A stretch of DNA of 64,000 bases from an uncultured delta proteobacterium (GTDB lineage: Bacteria; Myxococcota_A; Polyangia; Palsa-1104). The notes beneath the pieces are model-generated. The model was given only the letters and a program-made list of their open reading frames with translations. It did no database searches and was not told where the DNA came from. How positions within the stretch are numbered: the first letter of the stretch is position 1; each line of letters opens with the position of its first letter. Location of the stretch: NCBI GenBank assembly GCA_963785725.1, contig CAWAWS010000024.1, positions 64,001 through 128,000 on the forward strand. Reading direction: 5' to 3'. The position numbers were made by a program, and so were the translations under genes. This document shows, one piece after another, positions 45,825 through 58,672 of this stretch.

Positions 45825-47363
45825 ATGGACATCAAAGCCGAAGAGATCTCCCAGATCATCCGCAAGCAGATCGAGGAGTACGATCAGAAGGTCTCGGTCG
45901 TCGAGACCGGAACCGTCCTCACCGTCGGCGACGGTATCGCCCGCGTTTACGGCCTCGCCGGCGCCATGGCCGGCGAGCTCCTCGAGTTCCCGCACGACGT
46001 GCGCGGCATCGTCCTCAACTTGGAAGAGGACAACGTCGGCGTCGCGCTCCTCGGCGAGTACGAGAAGATTCGCGAGAACGATCAGGTCAAGCGCACCGGC
46101 CAGATCGCCTCGGTTCCCGTCGGCGACGAGCTCGTCGGCCGCGTCGTCAACGCGCTCGGCCAGCCCATCGACGGCAAGGGCCCGATCCTGACCAAGGAGC
46201 TGCGCAAGGTCGAGATCAAGGCGCCCGGCATCGTCGCCCGTAAGTCGGTGCACGAGCCGATGCAGACCGGCATCAAGGCGATCGACGCCATGATCCCGAT
46301 CGGCCGCGGTCAGCGCGAGCTCATCATCGGCGACCGTCAGACGGGCAAGACCGCCGTCGCGCTCGACACGATCATCAACCAAAAGGGCCAGGGCGTCACG
46401 TGCATCTACGTCGCCATCGGCCAGAAGCAGTCGACCGTCGCCTCGGTCGTCGACAAGCTGCGCTCGTTCGGCGCGATGGATTACACCATCGTCGTCGCGG
46501 CGACCGCGTCGGAGCCGGCGCCGCTGCAGTTCTTCGCGCCGTTCACCGGCGTCACGATGGGCGAGTATTGGCGCGACAACGGCGGCCACGCGCTCATCGT
46601 CTACGACGATCTGTCGAAGCACGCCGTCGCCTATCGCCAGCTGTCGCTGCTCCTGCGCCGTCCGCCGGGTCGCGAAGCTTACCCGGGCGACGTCTTCTAC
46701 TTCCACTCGCGCCTGCTCGAGCGCGCGGCCAAGATGTCGGACGAGCGCGGCGCCGGCTCGCTCACGGCGCTGCCGATCATCGAGACGCAGGCCGGCGACG
46801 TCTCGGCGTACATCCCGACCAACGTCATCTCGATCACCGACGGTCAGATCTTACCTCGAGACCGACCTGTTCTACTCGGGCGTTCGTCCGGCGGTGAACG
46901 TCGGTCTCTCGGTCTCCCGCGTCGGTGGCTCGGCGCAGGTCAACGCGATGAAGAAGGTCGCCGGCACGCTTGCGCCTCGACGCTGGCGCAGTATCGCGAG
47001 CTCGCGGCCTTCTCGCAGTTCGCCAGCGACATGGACAAGGCGACGCAGAACCAGCTGGCTCGCGGCGCGCGCATGGTCGAGCTGCTCAAGCAGGGTCAGT
47101 ATCAGCCGCTGCCGGTCGAGCGTCAGGTGCTCGTGCTCTTCGCCGGCTCGAACGGCTACCTCGACACGCTGCCGGTCGAAGCGGTCGGTCGTTGGGAGCG
47201 CGAGCTGTGGCCGTGGCTCGAGTCGCGCCGCCCCGACGTCCTCTCGACGATCCGCGCGAAGGCCGCCGATTCCAAGGCGTTCAACGATCTCGTCGAGCTG
47301 ATGAAGTCGGCGCTGGGCGAGTTCAACAAAGAGTTCGTCGTCGACAAGGCCGCGAAAGCCTAA
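45825..47363 (+). CDS. atpA: ATP synthase F1 subunit alpha (locally out of frame ~46851-46981)
   Basis: [23 protein letters not shown]. The missing [11 protein letters not shown] segment is present in another frame. Confidence 0.98.
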   Translation: MDIKAEEISQIIRKQIEEYDQKVSVVETGTVLTVGDGIARVYGLAGAMAGELLEFPHDVRGIVLNLEEDNVGVALLGEYEKIRENDQVKRTGQIASVPVGDELVGRVVNALGQPIDGKGPILTKELRKVEIKAPGIVARKSVHEPMQTGIKAIDAMIPIGRGQRELIIGDRQTGKTAVALDTIINQKGQGVTCIYVAIGQKQSTVASVVDKLRSFGAMDYTIVVAATASEPAPLQFFAPFTGVTMGEYWRDNGGHALIVYDDLSKHAVAYRQLSLLLRRPPGREAYPGDVFYFHSRLLERAAKMSDERGAGSLTALPIIETQAGDVSAYIPTNVISITDGQILPRDRPVLLGRSSGGERRSLGLPRRWLGAGQRDEEGRRHACASTLAQYRELAAFSQFASDMDKATQNQLARGARMVELLKQGQYQPLPVERQVLVLFAGSNGYLDTLPVEAVGRWERELWPWLESRRPDVLSTIRAKAADSKAFNDLVELMKSALGEFNKEFVVDKAAKA

Positions 47364-50433
<3,070 letters not shown>

Positions 50434-50485
50434 GACTGCCAACATAATGTTGCGATTCTCTTGGCGCCGCGCAATCATTCCGTCG

Positions 50486-50860
50486 GTGCGAGCCCTATTC
50501 GCCATGCTGCTGGTGACGGCCGGGTGCGCCGGCGTCGACTATCCCAAGCCGCGACGGCTGCCGCCCGGCATCAGCTTCGCCGGCACCTGGGAATCGACGT
50601 GGGGCAAGATGGTGTTGCGACAGAGCGGCCACGAAATCCACGGCACCTTCACGGGCTATCGCGAGGGCGGGCTGTCGGGAACGCTCGACGGCGACCTGTG
50701 GCATTTCATTTGGGACCAGCGGCGGCCGCATTCGCACGGGCGCGGGTTCATGCAGATTACGCCCGACGGCCAGCATATCGAGGGGCGTTGGGGCTACGAG
50801 AAGAGCGACAACGACGGCGGGCGGTGGGCGGCCGACAAGGAGAATTCCGACACGTTCTGA
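50486..50860 (+). CDS. Small beta-rich lipoprotein
   Basis: Lipobox TAGC, FAGTWESTWGKM, IEGRWG. Confidence 0.75.
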   Translation: MRALFAMLLVTAGCAGVDYPKPRRLPPGISFAGTWESTWGKMVLRQSGHEIHGTFTGYREGGLSGTLDGDLWHFIWDQRRPHSHGRGFMQITPDGQHIEGRWGYEKSDNDGGRWAADKENSDTF

Positions 50861-50877
50861 GGGGATGACGGCGACTG

Positions 50878-50978
50878 GCTGACCGCAGGAGCCGACCGCG
50901 CCACCAGCCGACCGCAGTAGCCGAACCGCGTCAACCGACCGCATCAACCGACCGCAGCAGCCGACCGCACCGACCGAC
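50878..50978. repeat. Degenerate tandem repeat, about 8 copies of core CCGACCGC (period about 13 bp)
   Basis: gctgaccgcagga / gccgaccgcgccacca / gccgaccgcagta / gccgaaccgcgtca / accgaccgcatca / accgaccgcagca / gccgaccgc / accgaccgac. Confidence 0.8.
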
Positions 50979-51063
50979 GATCGATTCCGGAGGATGGTGG
51001 GTTCCGAAGGGCGGCCCCCAGCCGCCCTCCCTTAGTCATCGGCAATCTGCGCCAGAAGTTGCT
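50974..51063 (-). ncRNA. Candidate small RNA with upstream promoter-like motif, copy 1
   Basis: Inverted homolog of 53745-53833. AGCAACTT-N15-GATGACT, 10-bp hairpin, then C-rich CCCACCATCCTCC. Confidence 0.45.
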
Positions 51064-51070
51064 ACCGGCG

Positions 51071-52012
51071 CTACGAAAACAGCTCCGACACCGACGAGCC
51101 GTCGTGAATATGCGTAATCGCCGTCGCCAATAACGGCGCCATCGACAGCACTTCCAACTTCGAGCAGTGCTTGTCCGCCGGAATCGGAATCGTATTCGTC
51201 ACCAGCAGCCGCGAAATCCGCGACGCCGCCAGCCGCTCCGCCGCGCGCCCCGACATGACCGGATGCACGACCGCCGCCGACACGCTGCGCGCGCCGCGAT
51301 CGAGCAAGAACTCGGTGGCGCCGAACAGCGTGCCGCCGGTGGCGATCTCGTCGTCGACGAGCAGGCAGTCCTTGCCGACGATGTCGCCGATGACGTGCGC
51401 CGGCCGCGCCTTCTCGTCGTCGCCGGCGCGCCGCTTGTCGATGAACGCCAACGGCAAATCGAGCCGCTTGGCGAACCGCCCGGCGTCCTTGGCCTCGCCC
51501 ACGTCGGCCGCGACGACGACCGTATTCGACAGGTCGCTATTCTTCAGCCGCTCGCACAACACCGGCACGCCCGACAGCTGATCGGCCGGCATCGAGAAGA
51601 AGCCCTGAATCTGCGGCGAATGCAGATCGACCGTCAGCACGCGATCGGCGCCCGCGGTCGCCAAGAGGTCCGCCATCAGCCGCGCCGTGATCGAAATGCG
51701 CGGCTCGTCCTTCTTGTCGCTGCGCGCGTAAGGGAAATAGGGCAGCACCGCGGTCACCCGCTTCGCCGACGCATGCTTGAGCGCGTCGAGCAGGATCAGC
51801 GTCTCGACGATGTTCTCGTGCAGCGGCGGACACGCGGTCTGCACCACGAATACGTCCTGCTCGCGCACGTTCTCGTCGATCTTGACCTTCAGATTCTCGT
51901 TCGAGAAGCGCGTCGTGTGCGCTCGACCGAGCACGATGCCGAGCTCGTCGCAGATCTCCCGCGCCAACCCGGGATGCGACGAGCCGGCGAACACTTTGAG
52001 ACCGTCGGCCAC
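51071..52012 (-). CDS. prs: Ribose-phosphate pyrophosphokinase
   Basis: PYFPYARSDKK, DLHSPQIQGFF, IDKRR, LVDDEIATGGTL. Confidence 0.96.
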   Translation of the reverse strand: MADGLKVFAGSSHPGLAREICDELGIVLGRAHTTRFSNENLKVKIDENVREQDVFVVQTACPPLHENIVETLILLDALKHASAKRVTAVLPYFPYARSDKKDEPRISITARLMADLLATAGADRVLTVDLHSPQIQGFFSMPADQLSGVPVLCERLKNSDLSNTVVVAADVGEAKDAGRFAKRLDLPLAFIDKRRAGDDEKARPAHVIGDIVGKDCLLVDDEIATGGTLFGATEFLLDRGARSVSAAVVHPVMSGRAAERLAASRISRLLVTNTIPIPADKHCSKLEVLSMAPLLATAITHIHDGSSVSELFS

Positions 52013-52034
52013 CTTGGCGTGCTACCATGACTAT

Positions 52035-52340
52035 GTGAACGACGTCTATGCCCTCGTCCGGTCGTTACGCGCGGCCAGCTGGCCGCGCAACCGGCATTTC
52101 GAGGCTCACGCGACCGAGCTCGGCCAAGAGGCGCGCCGTCTGCACCGCTTCTTGCGCGGCCTCGAGCGCGACGTCGCTACGGCCGATCGCGTCCTCGTCC
52201 GCGCGCACGCCGACCGCTTCGTCGTAAAGCTCGAATTTGACACGCTAAAGCTCGAACGCGTCGTGACGCTGACGCCGGAAGAGCACGCGATCTTGTCGGA
52301 AATTCCCGCGCTCACCGAGCGCCTCCAGCCCGCGCAGTAA
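52035..52340 (+). CDS. Hypothetical protein
   Basis: 101-aa ORF (RNRHFEA.., LTPEE) filling the gap divergent from prs. Confidence 0.6.
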   Translation: MNDVYALVRSLRAASWPRNRHFEAHATELGQEARRLHRFLRGLERDVATADRVLVRAHADRFVVKLEFDTLKLERVVTLTPEEHAILSEIPALTERLQPAQ

Positions 52341-52633
52341 TTCCCGCATCACTGTAATCACAAGCGCCGCTCGGCGCCTCTCCGCCCGCAATAGTCGGCT
52401 GACGACAGCTGCGCTCCGGCGCGCTCGCCCGCGATTCGCGCGTGCTCGCTTGCGCTCGCGCCGCGAACGGCGGCAGTCGATGGGCGAGCTTGCGACGGAT
52501 CGGCTTCGGCGCGAAAGCCGCGCCGGCAACGCTCGAAATGCTGGCCGAATTGGTGACGTCGACGTGAAGTCACGCCTGGAGCTGCGCAGATGCTGTGGAG
52601 GAAGACTGCGAATTACGCAGTCATCGTGACAAA

Positions 52634-52837
52634 TTAGCGCGCGGCAGCAGCTTCCGCGTGCGCGTAGAACAGCGTGATGGTCAAGCAGTGAAACTCGCGG
52701 TCCGAGCTCTGCGTGACGATCTTGTCGGTCACTTGCACGCCCGGGTTGGCGCGAATCCAGCGGGTGACGTTCTCACCGAGCTCTTCCCGCTCCCTCGCCT
52801 TCGTTGCCGAAAACACCTTGACGCCCGTGAACGCCAT
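52634..52837 (-). CDS. Small hypothetical protein (67 aa)
   Basis: Strong SD AAGGAG. FTGVKVFSATK..VTQSSDREFHCLTITLFY resembles a small family I recall from myxobacteria. Confidence 0.85.
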   Translation of the reverse strand: MAFTGVKVFSATKAREREELGENVTRWIRANPGVQVTDKIVTQSSDREFHCLTITLFYAHAEAAAAR

Positions 52838-53099
52838 CTTCGTTTCTCCTTGATCCCCGCTCAGTGGAAAACGCCCGCTTTACTGCACTGCAATTCTGAA
52901 CCTACTCCGGACAAGTTATGTTTGCAATATAAAATTGAACCTAGAGCGGAATAGCGAAGCGGATGTAGAAACTGCCGAGACGGACTTAGAAGCTGCCACC
53001 AATCCACTCTCGGGGCGCGAAGATGGCTTCACGAATCCTTGACTTGCAGCACGTGGCCATGTAACGGTCCGCCCAGCCTATGCCGTCGGAGGAACGGGA

Positions 53100-53570
53100 A
53101 TGAGAGCCCTGCTACTGTGCGCGTTGATGGGGGTGGTCGTGGGTGGCGCGCTGTTCGCGTGTAATCCCAACTCGATCGGTCGCCCCTGCGTCAACCCGGG
53201 CGGACAAGCCGTCGTGGGAACACAGATCAGCTCGCCGGCGCTGGAATGCCCGTCGCGGCTGTGCCTAATCGAGCCGCCCAACGCCGCCACCGGTAACGTC
53301 TCCGGCAGCGACGGCGGCGCCTTCCGCGCGACCTGCACCGCGACCTGCGACAACAGCGGCGACTGCGAAGCCGAGACGAAGGCGAGCTGCCCGTCGGGCT
53401 TCGTCTGCGCCGTCGCCACCCAAGAAGGTAACTACTGCTGCCGCAAGATCTGCATCTGCCGCACGGACTTGGTCGAGGGGACGAACGTGAACCCCGACGG
53501 CGGCGTCATCACGCCGTTCTCGTGCGACCCGAAGCAGAACACCAACATCACCTGCCCGAACGTCAAGTAA
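53100..53570 (+). CDS. Cys-rich lipoprotein, CglC (gliding motility lipoprotein)-like
   Basis: Lipobox LFAC, IGRPC..IS..LECPSRLC..CTATC cysteine pattern. Confidence 0.65.
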   Translation: MRALLLCALMGVVVGGALFACNPNSIGRPCVNPGGQAVVGTQISSPALECPSRLCLIEPPNAATGNVSGSDGGAFRATCTATCDNSGDCEAETKASCPSGFVCAVATQEGNYCCRKICICRTDLVEGTNVNPDGGVITPFSCDPKQNTNITCPNVK

Positions 53571-53579
53571 TCCTGCGCT

Positions 53580-53614
53580 CGACGTCGCCGGTCACGCCGG
53601 CGGCGTCGGGTTTC
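53580..53614 (+). terminator. Putative terminator hairpin
   Basis: 12-bp stem CGACGTCGCCGG/CCGGCGGCGTCG 10 nt after the stop codon, short T tract. Confidence 0.45.
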
Positions 53615-53744
53615 GCATCGCCATCCCAGTTTTCGCTCGCTCCCGGCTTGATCGGCTGACAGCCGCACGACTTGCTCTCGAGCTGGTCAATTAGCTAGTG
53701 CTGTCGATACCTTGCGTCCGTTCGGCGGAAGTGCTGCGTTGCGA

Positions 53745-53833
53745 AGCAACTTTTCGGCGCGGCGCGCGATGACTTAGGGCGGGCGGCGGGGGCCGCCCGT
53801 CGGAACCCACCATCCTCCGGAATCGATCGTCGG
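53745..53833 (+). ncRNA. Candidate small RNA with upstream promoter-like motif, copy 2
   Basis: Same layout as copy 1, with a compensatory C-G in place of A-U in the stem. Confidence 0.45.
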
Positions 53834-53863
53834 ACGCAGCCCTACCCGACGCTCGCCGCGACC

Positions 53864-54208
53864 TCAATCCGTCGTGAACGCATCTTCGAAGTGTTCGATG
53901 GTGTCGCCCTCGATCGCGAGGACGTCGAACCGACACGGCACGTCGCCGCGCTTGGCCTGCAGCAACCAGAGCTCGGCGGCGCGAATGAGGCGGCGGCGTT
54001 TGACGCTGACGACGGTCTCGGCGGGCGAGCCATGTCGATCGTCCTGGCGCGCGCGCACCTCGACGAACACGACGGTGCCGCCGTCATCGCAGACGAGATC
54101 GATCTCGCCGCCGCGACAACACCAGTTGCGGTCGAGGATTCGGTGACCCTTGCGCTGAAGGAACTGAGCCGCGCGCGCTTCGGCGTGTGCGCCTAGCGCG
54201 CGCGACAC
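53864..54208 (-). CDS. yraN: YraN family (UPF0102) protein
   Basis: GAHAE, RNW, GEIDLV, VFVEVR, CRFDV. Confidence 0.93.
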   Translation of the reverse strand: MSRALGAHAEARAAQFLQRKGHRILDRNWCCRGGEIDLVCDDGGTVVFVEVRARQDDRHGSPAETVVSVKRRRLIRAAELWLLQAKRGDVPCRFDVLAIEGDTIEHFEDAFTTD

Positions 54209-54212
54209 GAGA

Positions 54213-54629
54213 CTACTGCGACGGCGGGGCTTCGTCGGGCTTGACGGCCGGAGCGATGAGCGCGTGCGAGATGCCCGCCTTGGCCTTGATGCGGGCCGCC
54301 TTGCCGGCGAGGTCGCGCAAGTAGTACAGGCGCGCGCGACGAACGCTGCCGCGGGCGATGACGTCCAGCTTCTCGATGCGCGGCGTGTGCGTCGGGAAGA
54401 CGCGCTCGACGCCGACGCCGTAGCTGACCTTGCGGACGGTGAACGAGGCGCGCATGCCGGCGCCCGTCTTCTTGATGACCACGCCTTCGAAGGCCTGGGC
54501 GCGCTCCTTCTCGCCTTCCTTGATGAGCACGGAGACCTTCACCGTGTCGCCCACCTTGAAGTCGGGGAGATTGGTCTTGCGAAACTGGCGCTTCTCAATT
54601 GCTTCGAGAATGGGGGTGACGTCGCTCAT
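54213..54629 (-). CDS. rplS: 50S ribosomal protein L19
   Basis: [34 protein letters not shown]. Confidence 0.98.
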   Translation of the reverse strand: MSDVTPILEAIEKRQFRKTNLPDFKVGDTVKVSVLIKEGEKERAQAFEGVVIKKTGAGMRASFTVRKVSYGVGVERVFPTHTPRIEKLDVIARGSVRRARLYYLRDLAGKAARIKAKAGISHALIAPAVKPDEAPPSQ

Positions 54630-54666
54630 TTTTCTGGTCCTTCTGTTTCCGGGATCGAAAGGTGCG

Positions 54667-55293
54667 TTAGTCTTCACGATCCCCATAGACGCGGTCAAGG
54701 AGAATCGCACACGCGGAACGGACGCTCAGGTGATTGTAAGCGCCTGCGCCGCGAATCGGTGGGAGGCGAAAGTCGCACGTTGCCAGCAGCTCGTCTGTGA
54801 GGCCCCATCCCGTTCCGAGGACCATCAACGCCGGCTCGTGCGCGGCCAGCTGGCGCAACGCGGAGAAGCCGATCGGCGCCCCGCCGCCGCGATCCATCGC
54901 CGCCGTGGCCACGACTTTGGGGCGCCGGCCGTGCGTCGCCGTCATGGCCGCGACGGCCGCGTCGAGATCGGGCACGACTTGCAGCAGATCGATCGCTTGG
55001 CGGCGGAAATCGTTCTTCTCGGCCCCTTCGGCGCCCGTCCAATGGGCCGCGATCCGCTGGGCCAGCTCGCGCTGCGCGGCGACGGGATGCACGATGAAGA
55101 AGCGCTCGACGCCGAACGTCCGCGACGAGCGCGCGATGTCGTGCAGATCGAGGTTCGTCAGCGCCGTCGCCACGACTTTATGATGCTTGTCATAGACGGG
55201 ATGGTGGACGAGCGCGACCGAGAGGCGCAACGGGATGGGCCGGTCGTTTTCGCCGGCGCCGCCTTCACCGGTCGCTGCTGAAGCGTCGCTCAT
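54667..55293 (-). CDS. SPOUT-type RNA methyltransferase (Methyltrn_RNA_4 / TM1570-like)
   Basis: [38 protein letters not shown]. Confidence 0.9.
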   Translation of the reverse strand: MSDASAATGEGGAGENDRPIPLRLSVALVHHPVYDKHHKVVATALTNLDLHDIARSSRTFGVERFFIVHPVAAQRELAQRIAAHWTGAEGAEKNDFRRQAIDLLQVVPDLDAAVAAMTATHGRRPKVVATAAMDRGGGAPIGFSALRQLAAHEPALMVLGTGWGLTDELLATCDFRLPPIRGAGAYNHLSVRSACAILLDRVYGDRED

Positions 55294-56048
55294 GGCGCTT
55301 TACCGTCGAGGAGCTGGCGATCTTCGGGGCTGAGCACGAGCGTCGCGAAGAGATCGGGACGGCGCTCGCGCGTGCGCAACAGCGACTGCAAGCGGCGCCA
55401 GCGACGGATCCGCTCGTGATTGCCCGAGATGAGCGCCTCGGGCACCGCTTGCTCGCGGTAGACCGCCGGGCGCGTGTACTGCGGATATTCGAGCAGGCCC
55501 GCTTCGAACGATTCGTCGACCGCCGAGTGCGAGTTGCCGAGCACGCCGGGCAGGCGCCGCGCGACGGCGTCGACGACGACCATCGCCGCCAGCTCGCCGC
55601 CGGTCAGCACGTAGTCGCCGATCGACAGCTCCTCGTCGCAAAAGCCGCGCACCCGCTCGTCCATGCCTTCGTAGCGACCGCAAACCAAGAGCACATGCGT
55701 CTGTTGCGCGAGGCGCACGACGGTCGGCTGCGTCAGCGGCGCGCCCGTCGGTGCCAACAAGATCTTGTGGGCGCGACCGCGCGCGTTCTCCGCCGATTCG
55801 ATGGCGCTCACGAGCGGATCGGGCCGCATGACCATCCCCGCGCCGCCGCCATAAGGCGTGTCGTCGACGGAGTGGTGCTTGTCGGTGGTGAACGTGCGCG
55901 GATCGACGAAGTGCACGGCGACGACGCCGTTGGCGACCGCTTTGCCGACGAGGCCGGCGCCGAGCACCGACGCGAACATGTCGGGAAAGAGCGTCACGAC
56001 GTCGAACACGATCGCCGGCGCCGACGGAATCTCCGGCGACGCGGTCAT
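55290..56048 (-). CDS. trmD: tRNA (guanine37-N1)-methyltransferase
   Basis: [41 protein letters not shown]. Confidence 0.98.
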   Translation of the reverse strand: MTASPEIPSAPAIVFDVVTLFPDMFASVLGAGLVGKAVANGVVAVHFVDPRTFTTDKHHSVDDTPYGGGAGMVMRPDPLVSAIESAENARGRAHKILLAPTGAPLTQPTVVRLAQQTHVLLVCGRYEGMDERVRGFCDEELSIGDYVLTGGELAAMVVVDAVARRLPGVLGNSHSAVDESFEAGLLEYPQYTRPAVYREQAVPEALISGNHERIRRWRRLQSLLRTRERRPDLFATLVLSPEDRQLLDGKAP

Positions 56049-56554
56049 GACTCGACTTCGTCGAGATCTACGAGACCGGGCGGCGGATCGCAGGTCACCG
56101 TGCGCGTCGCCAGATCGACATGGGTGACCATGGCGTCGACGAGCGGGAGCATGAACTCCTTGCCGTTGGCGCGTTTGACCTCGAGGATCTCGTGCGCGCC
56201 CGAGTCGAAGCTGCCCGAGACCTCTCCGAGGAGCTCGCCGGCGACGTCGACGACGCGACAGCCGATCAAGTCGGAGACGAGCAGCTCGTCGTCGCCGACT
56301 TCGATGCTGTCGCGATCGACACGCACGGGCGTTCCGCGCAACGCTTCGGCGGCGTTGCGGTCGGTGACCCCTTCGATCGTGACGAGCCAGTCGTCTTTGT
56401 CGCGCTGCGCGTGCACGACGCGGCAGCTGCGCTCGCCCAACTCGATGGTGGCGAGCGACGACAGATCCGTGGACGTGCGAATACGAAGCGCGCCCTTGAT
56501 GCCGTGGGCGCGCGCGACGTAACCGACGTCGACTTTGCTACTCGAGGATTTCAA
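56045..56554 (-). CDS. rimM: Ribosome maturation factor RimM
   Basis: [33 protein letters not shown]. Start is approximate. Confidence 0.93.
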   Translation of the reverse strand: MKSSSSKVDVGYVARAHGIKGALRIRTSTDLSSLATIELGERSCRVVHAQRDKDDWLVTIEGVTDRNAAEALRGTPVRVDRDSIEVGDDELLVSDLIGCRVVDVAGELLGEVSGSFDSGAHEILEVKRANGKEFMLPLVDAMVTHVDLATRTVTCDPPPGLVDLDEVES

Positions 56555-56792
56555 GGACGGCGCGCGTTCGCAGCTTCGAAGCCGCCGCCGACAGGATGGT
56601 GCGCAGCGCGCGGGCCGTGCGGCCCTGCTTGCCGATGACCTTACCGAGATCTTCCTCGGCAACGGTGAGCTCGAAGACGGCAGCGCCGTCCTCTTCCATC
56701 TCCTCGACGATGACCTCGTCGGCGCGGTCGACCAACGACTGCGCCAGGAACTTCACGAGGTCTTGCAGCGGCGGATGCTCAGCGGGAGGCAC
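56538..56792 (-). CDS. khpA: KH domain RNA-binding protein KhpA
   Basis: DLGKVIGKQGRTARALR, located between rpsP and rimM. Confidence 0.95.
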   Translation of the reverse strand: MPPAEHPPLQDLVKFLAQSLVDRADEVIVEEMEEDGAAVFELTVAEEDLGKVIGKQGRTARALRTILSAAASKLRTRAVLEILE

Positions 56793-56796
56793 GAAA

Positions 56797-57060
56797 TCAG
56801 GCCTTGGCGGGGCTGGCCTGAGCCTTCTCGACCTGCTGCAGCAGCTCGCTGACCGTATCCGACGGCTGGGCGCCGACGGACAGCCAGTGCTTGACGCGCT
56901 CCATGTCGAAGCGAATCTCGACCGGATCGCGATTGGGATCGTAGATACCTACGTGCTCGATGAACTTTCCGTCGCGGGGCGAACGCGAGTCGGTAACGAC
57001 CACGCGATAGAACGGGTTCTTCTTGGCGCCCACGCGCGACAGACGCAACTTCACGGACAT
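56797..57060 (-). CDS. rpsP: 30S ribosomal protein S16
   Basis: [29 protein letters not shown]. Confidence 0.98.
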   Translation of the reverse strand: MSVKLRLSRVGAKKNPFYRVVVTDSRSPRDGKFIEHVGIYDPNRDPVEIRFDMERVKHWLSVGAQPSDTVSELLQQVEKAQASPAKA

Positions 57061-57086
57061 TGCAGCTTGCCTCCGAAAGGTGTCGA

Positions 57087-57115
57087 AAAGTAGTCGGCGC
57101 TTGGGAAGCTGTCAA
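57087..57115 (-). promoter_or_regulatory. Putative sigma70 promoter of the rpsP operon
   Basis: TTGACA-N17-TACTTT on the minus strand. Confidence 0.65.
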
Positions 57116-57139
57116 GTCGAGAGTACAGTTACACCTCTT

Positions 57140-58666
57140 ATGATGTGGCTTCCCTTGTTGGTCACCATCGTGGCCACGGCCGAGGTCAAAGGTACACCAG
57201 AGCCGTGCGGCTGTAACTCCGATCCTCTCGGCGACGTGGCGCGCGTGGCGACGCTGGCGACGGGCGGGCTGTGGCTCGATGCCGGCTCGCTCCTGTACGA
57301 TCCGGAGGCGATGTCGGTCGATCGGCGACCTCAAGCCGACGCCACCGCCGCGCAGCTGGCCAAGATCTACCGAACGGTCGAGGTCGGGCTGGGCGCGGGG
57401 GATCTACCGCGCGGCGCGGCGCACGTCGGGCCACCGCGGCAGGCGTGCAATGTGACCGGCGTTCCGACGGCGGCGCCGCATGTGCGTGTCGTCGACGGCG
57501 TGCGCATCGGCGTCTTCGGCGTCGTCGAGCCGGCGCGGCTCGCGGGCGCGGCCGGCGTGTCGGCGACGCCGGCGGCGGTCGCGGCCAAAGCGGCGATCGC
57601 GACATTGCGCAAAGAGCACGCGCAGGTCGTCGTCGCCTTGTGCGGCATGAGCCGCACCGAGACGCGCGCGCTCGTCAAAGCCGTGCCCGGCATCGACTTC
57701 GCGATCGTCGGCGCCGAGGTCGGCGACGGCATGAGCGAGCCGGAGCCGGCGAGCGGCGGCTTCATCGTCGCGCCCGCCGATCTGGCGCGGTATGCGGCGA
57801 AGCTGACGCTCGAAGTGCACGGCGCCGGCAAGCTGCAGGCGTTCGCGGGCGAGCCGGGGCGCAAGCGGCAGCTCGATCGCACCGACAAGCGCGTGGTCGA
57901 TCTGAAGACGCAGCTGGCGGCGTTCGCCAAAGACGCGACGGCGGACAAGACGTTCGTCGCCGCGCGGCAAGCGGAGCTCGATGGGCTGGTCGCCGAGCGA
58001 ACGAAGCTGGCGAGCCAGAAGCTGACGCCACCGACGGGAAGCTGGTTCACCTACGAGCTTACGCCGATCAATCACAAGATCGCCCGCGACCCGGCGATCG
58101 CGGCGCAGCTGAAGACGCTGGCGCACGACATCGGGCAGGCGAATCTGGCGGCGGCCAAGGGACAGGCGGCGCCGCCGGCCGAGGCGGGACAGCCGAGCTA
58201 CGTCGGCGATCGCGAGTGCGCGCGCTGCCATAAGAGCCAAGTGGACTTCTGGAAACATACGGTGCATGCGCAGGCGTGGAAGACGCTGGTCGACGTCGAC
58301 AAGCAGTACAACTACGACTGCATCGGCTGCCACGTGACCGGCTGGCAGAAGCCGGGCGGCGTCAATCTGGCGACGGTCGAGGCGCGCAATCTGACCAACG
58401 TGCAGTGCGAGACGTGCCACGGGCCGGGATCGAAGCACGTCGACGAATCGGGCATGGAGTCGCCGCACACGATGACGCGGCGGCCGGCCGATCGCTTTTG
58501 CGCCGACAATTGTCATACCCGCGAGCACTCGGACACGTTCACGCTCGTGCCCTACCTGCGCGACATTCTCGGCAAGGGTCACGGCGCGGCGGCGCGCGCG
58601 AAATTGGGCGCGGGACCGACGGGCCACGAGATTCGGCAGAAGGCGCTGGAAGCGGCGGCGCACTAA
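57140..58666 (+). CDS. Degenerate 5'-nucleotidase/UshA-like domain fused to a multiheme (c554-like) cytochrome c
   Basis: EPCGC..GDVAR, LDAGS, RIGVFG. Heme motifs CARCH, CIGCH, CETCH and CADNCH. Confidence 0.85.
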   Translation: MMWLPLLVTIVATAEVKGTPEPCGCNSDPLGDVARVATLATGGLWLDAGSLLYDPEAMSVDRRPQADATAAQLAKIYRTVEVGLGAGDLPRGAAHVGPPRQACNVTGVPTAAPHVRVVDGVRIGVFGVVEPARLAGAAGVSATPAAVAAKAAIATLRKEHAQVVVALCGMSRTETRALVKAVPGIDFAIVGAEVGDGMSEPEPASGGFIVAPADLARYAAKLTLEVHGAGKLQAFAGEPGRKRQLDRTDKRVVDLKTQLAAFAKDATADKTFVAARQAELDGLVAERTKLASQKLTPPTGSWFTYELTPINHKIARDPAIAAQLKTLAHDIGQANLAAAKGQAAPPAEAGQPSYVGDRECARCHKSQVDFWKHTVHAQAWKTLVDVDKQYNYDCIGCHVTGWQKPGGVNLATVEARNLTNVQCETCHGPGSKHVDESGMESPHTMTRRPADRFCADNCHTREHSDTFTLVPYLRDILGKGHGAAARAKLGAGPTGHEIRQKALEAAAH

Positions 58667-58672
58667 GGTTTC

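Noticed and set aside
50878..50978. Mini-CRISPR array
   Set aside because: Repeat core is 8-9 bp with linkers of at most about 7 bp, and no cas genes are present.
57200..57220. Selenoprotein (CxU) in the UshA-like domain
   Set aside because: Codons are TGC-GGC-TGT, with no in-frame TGA.
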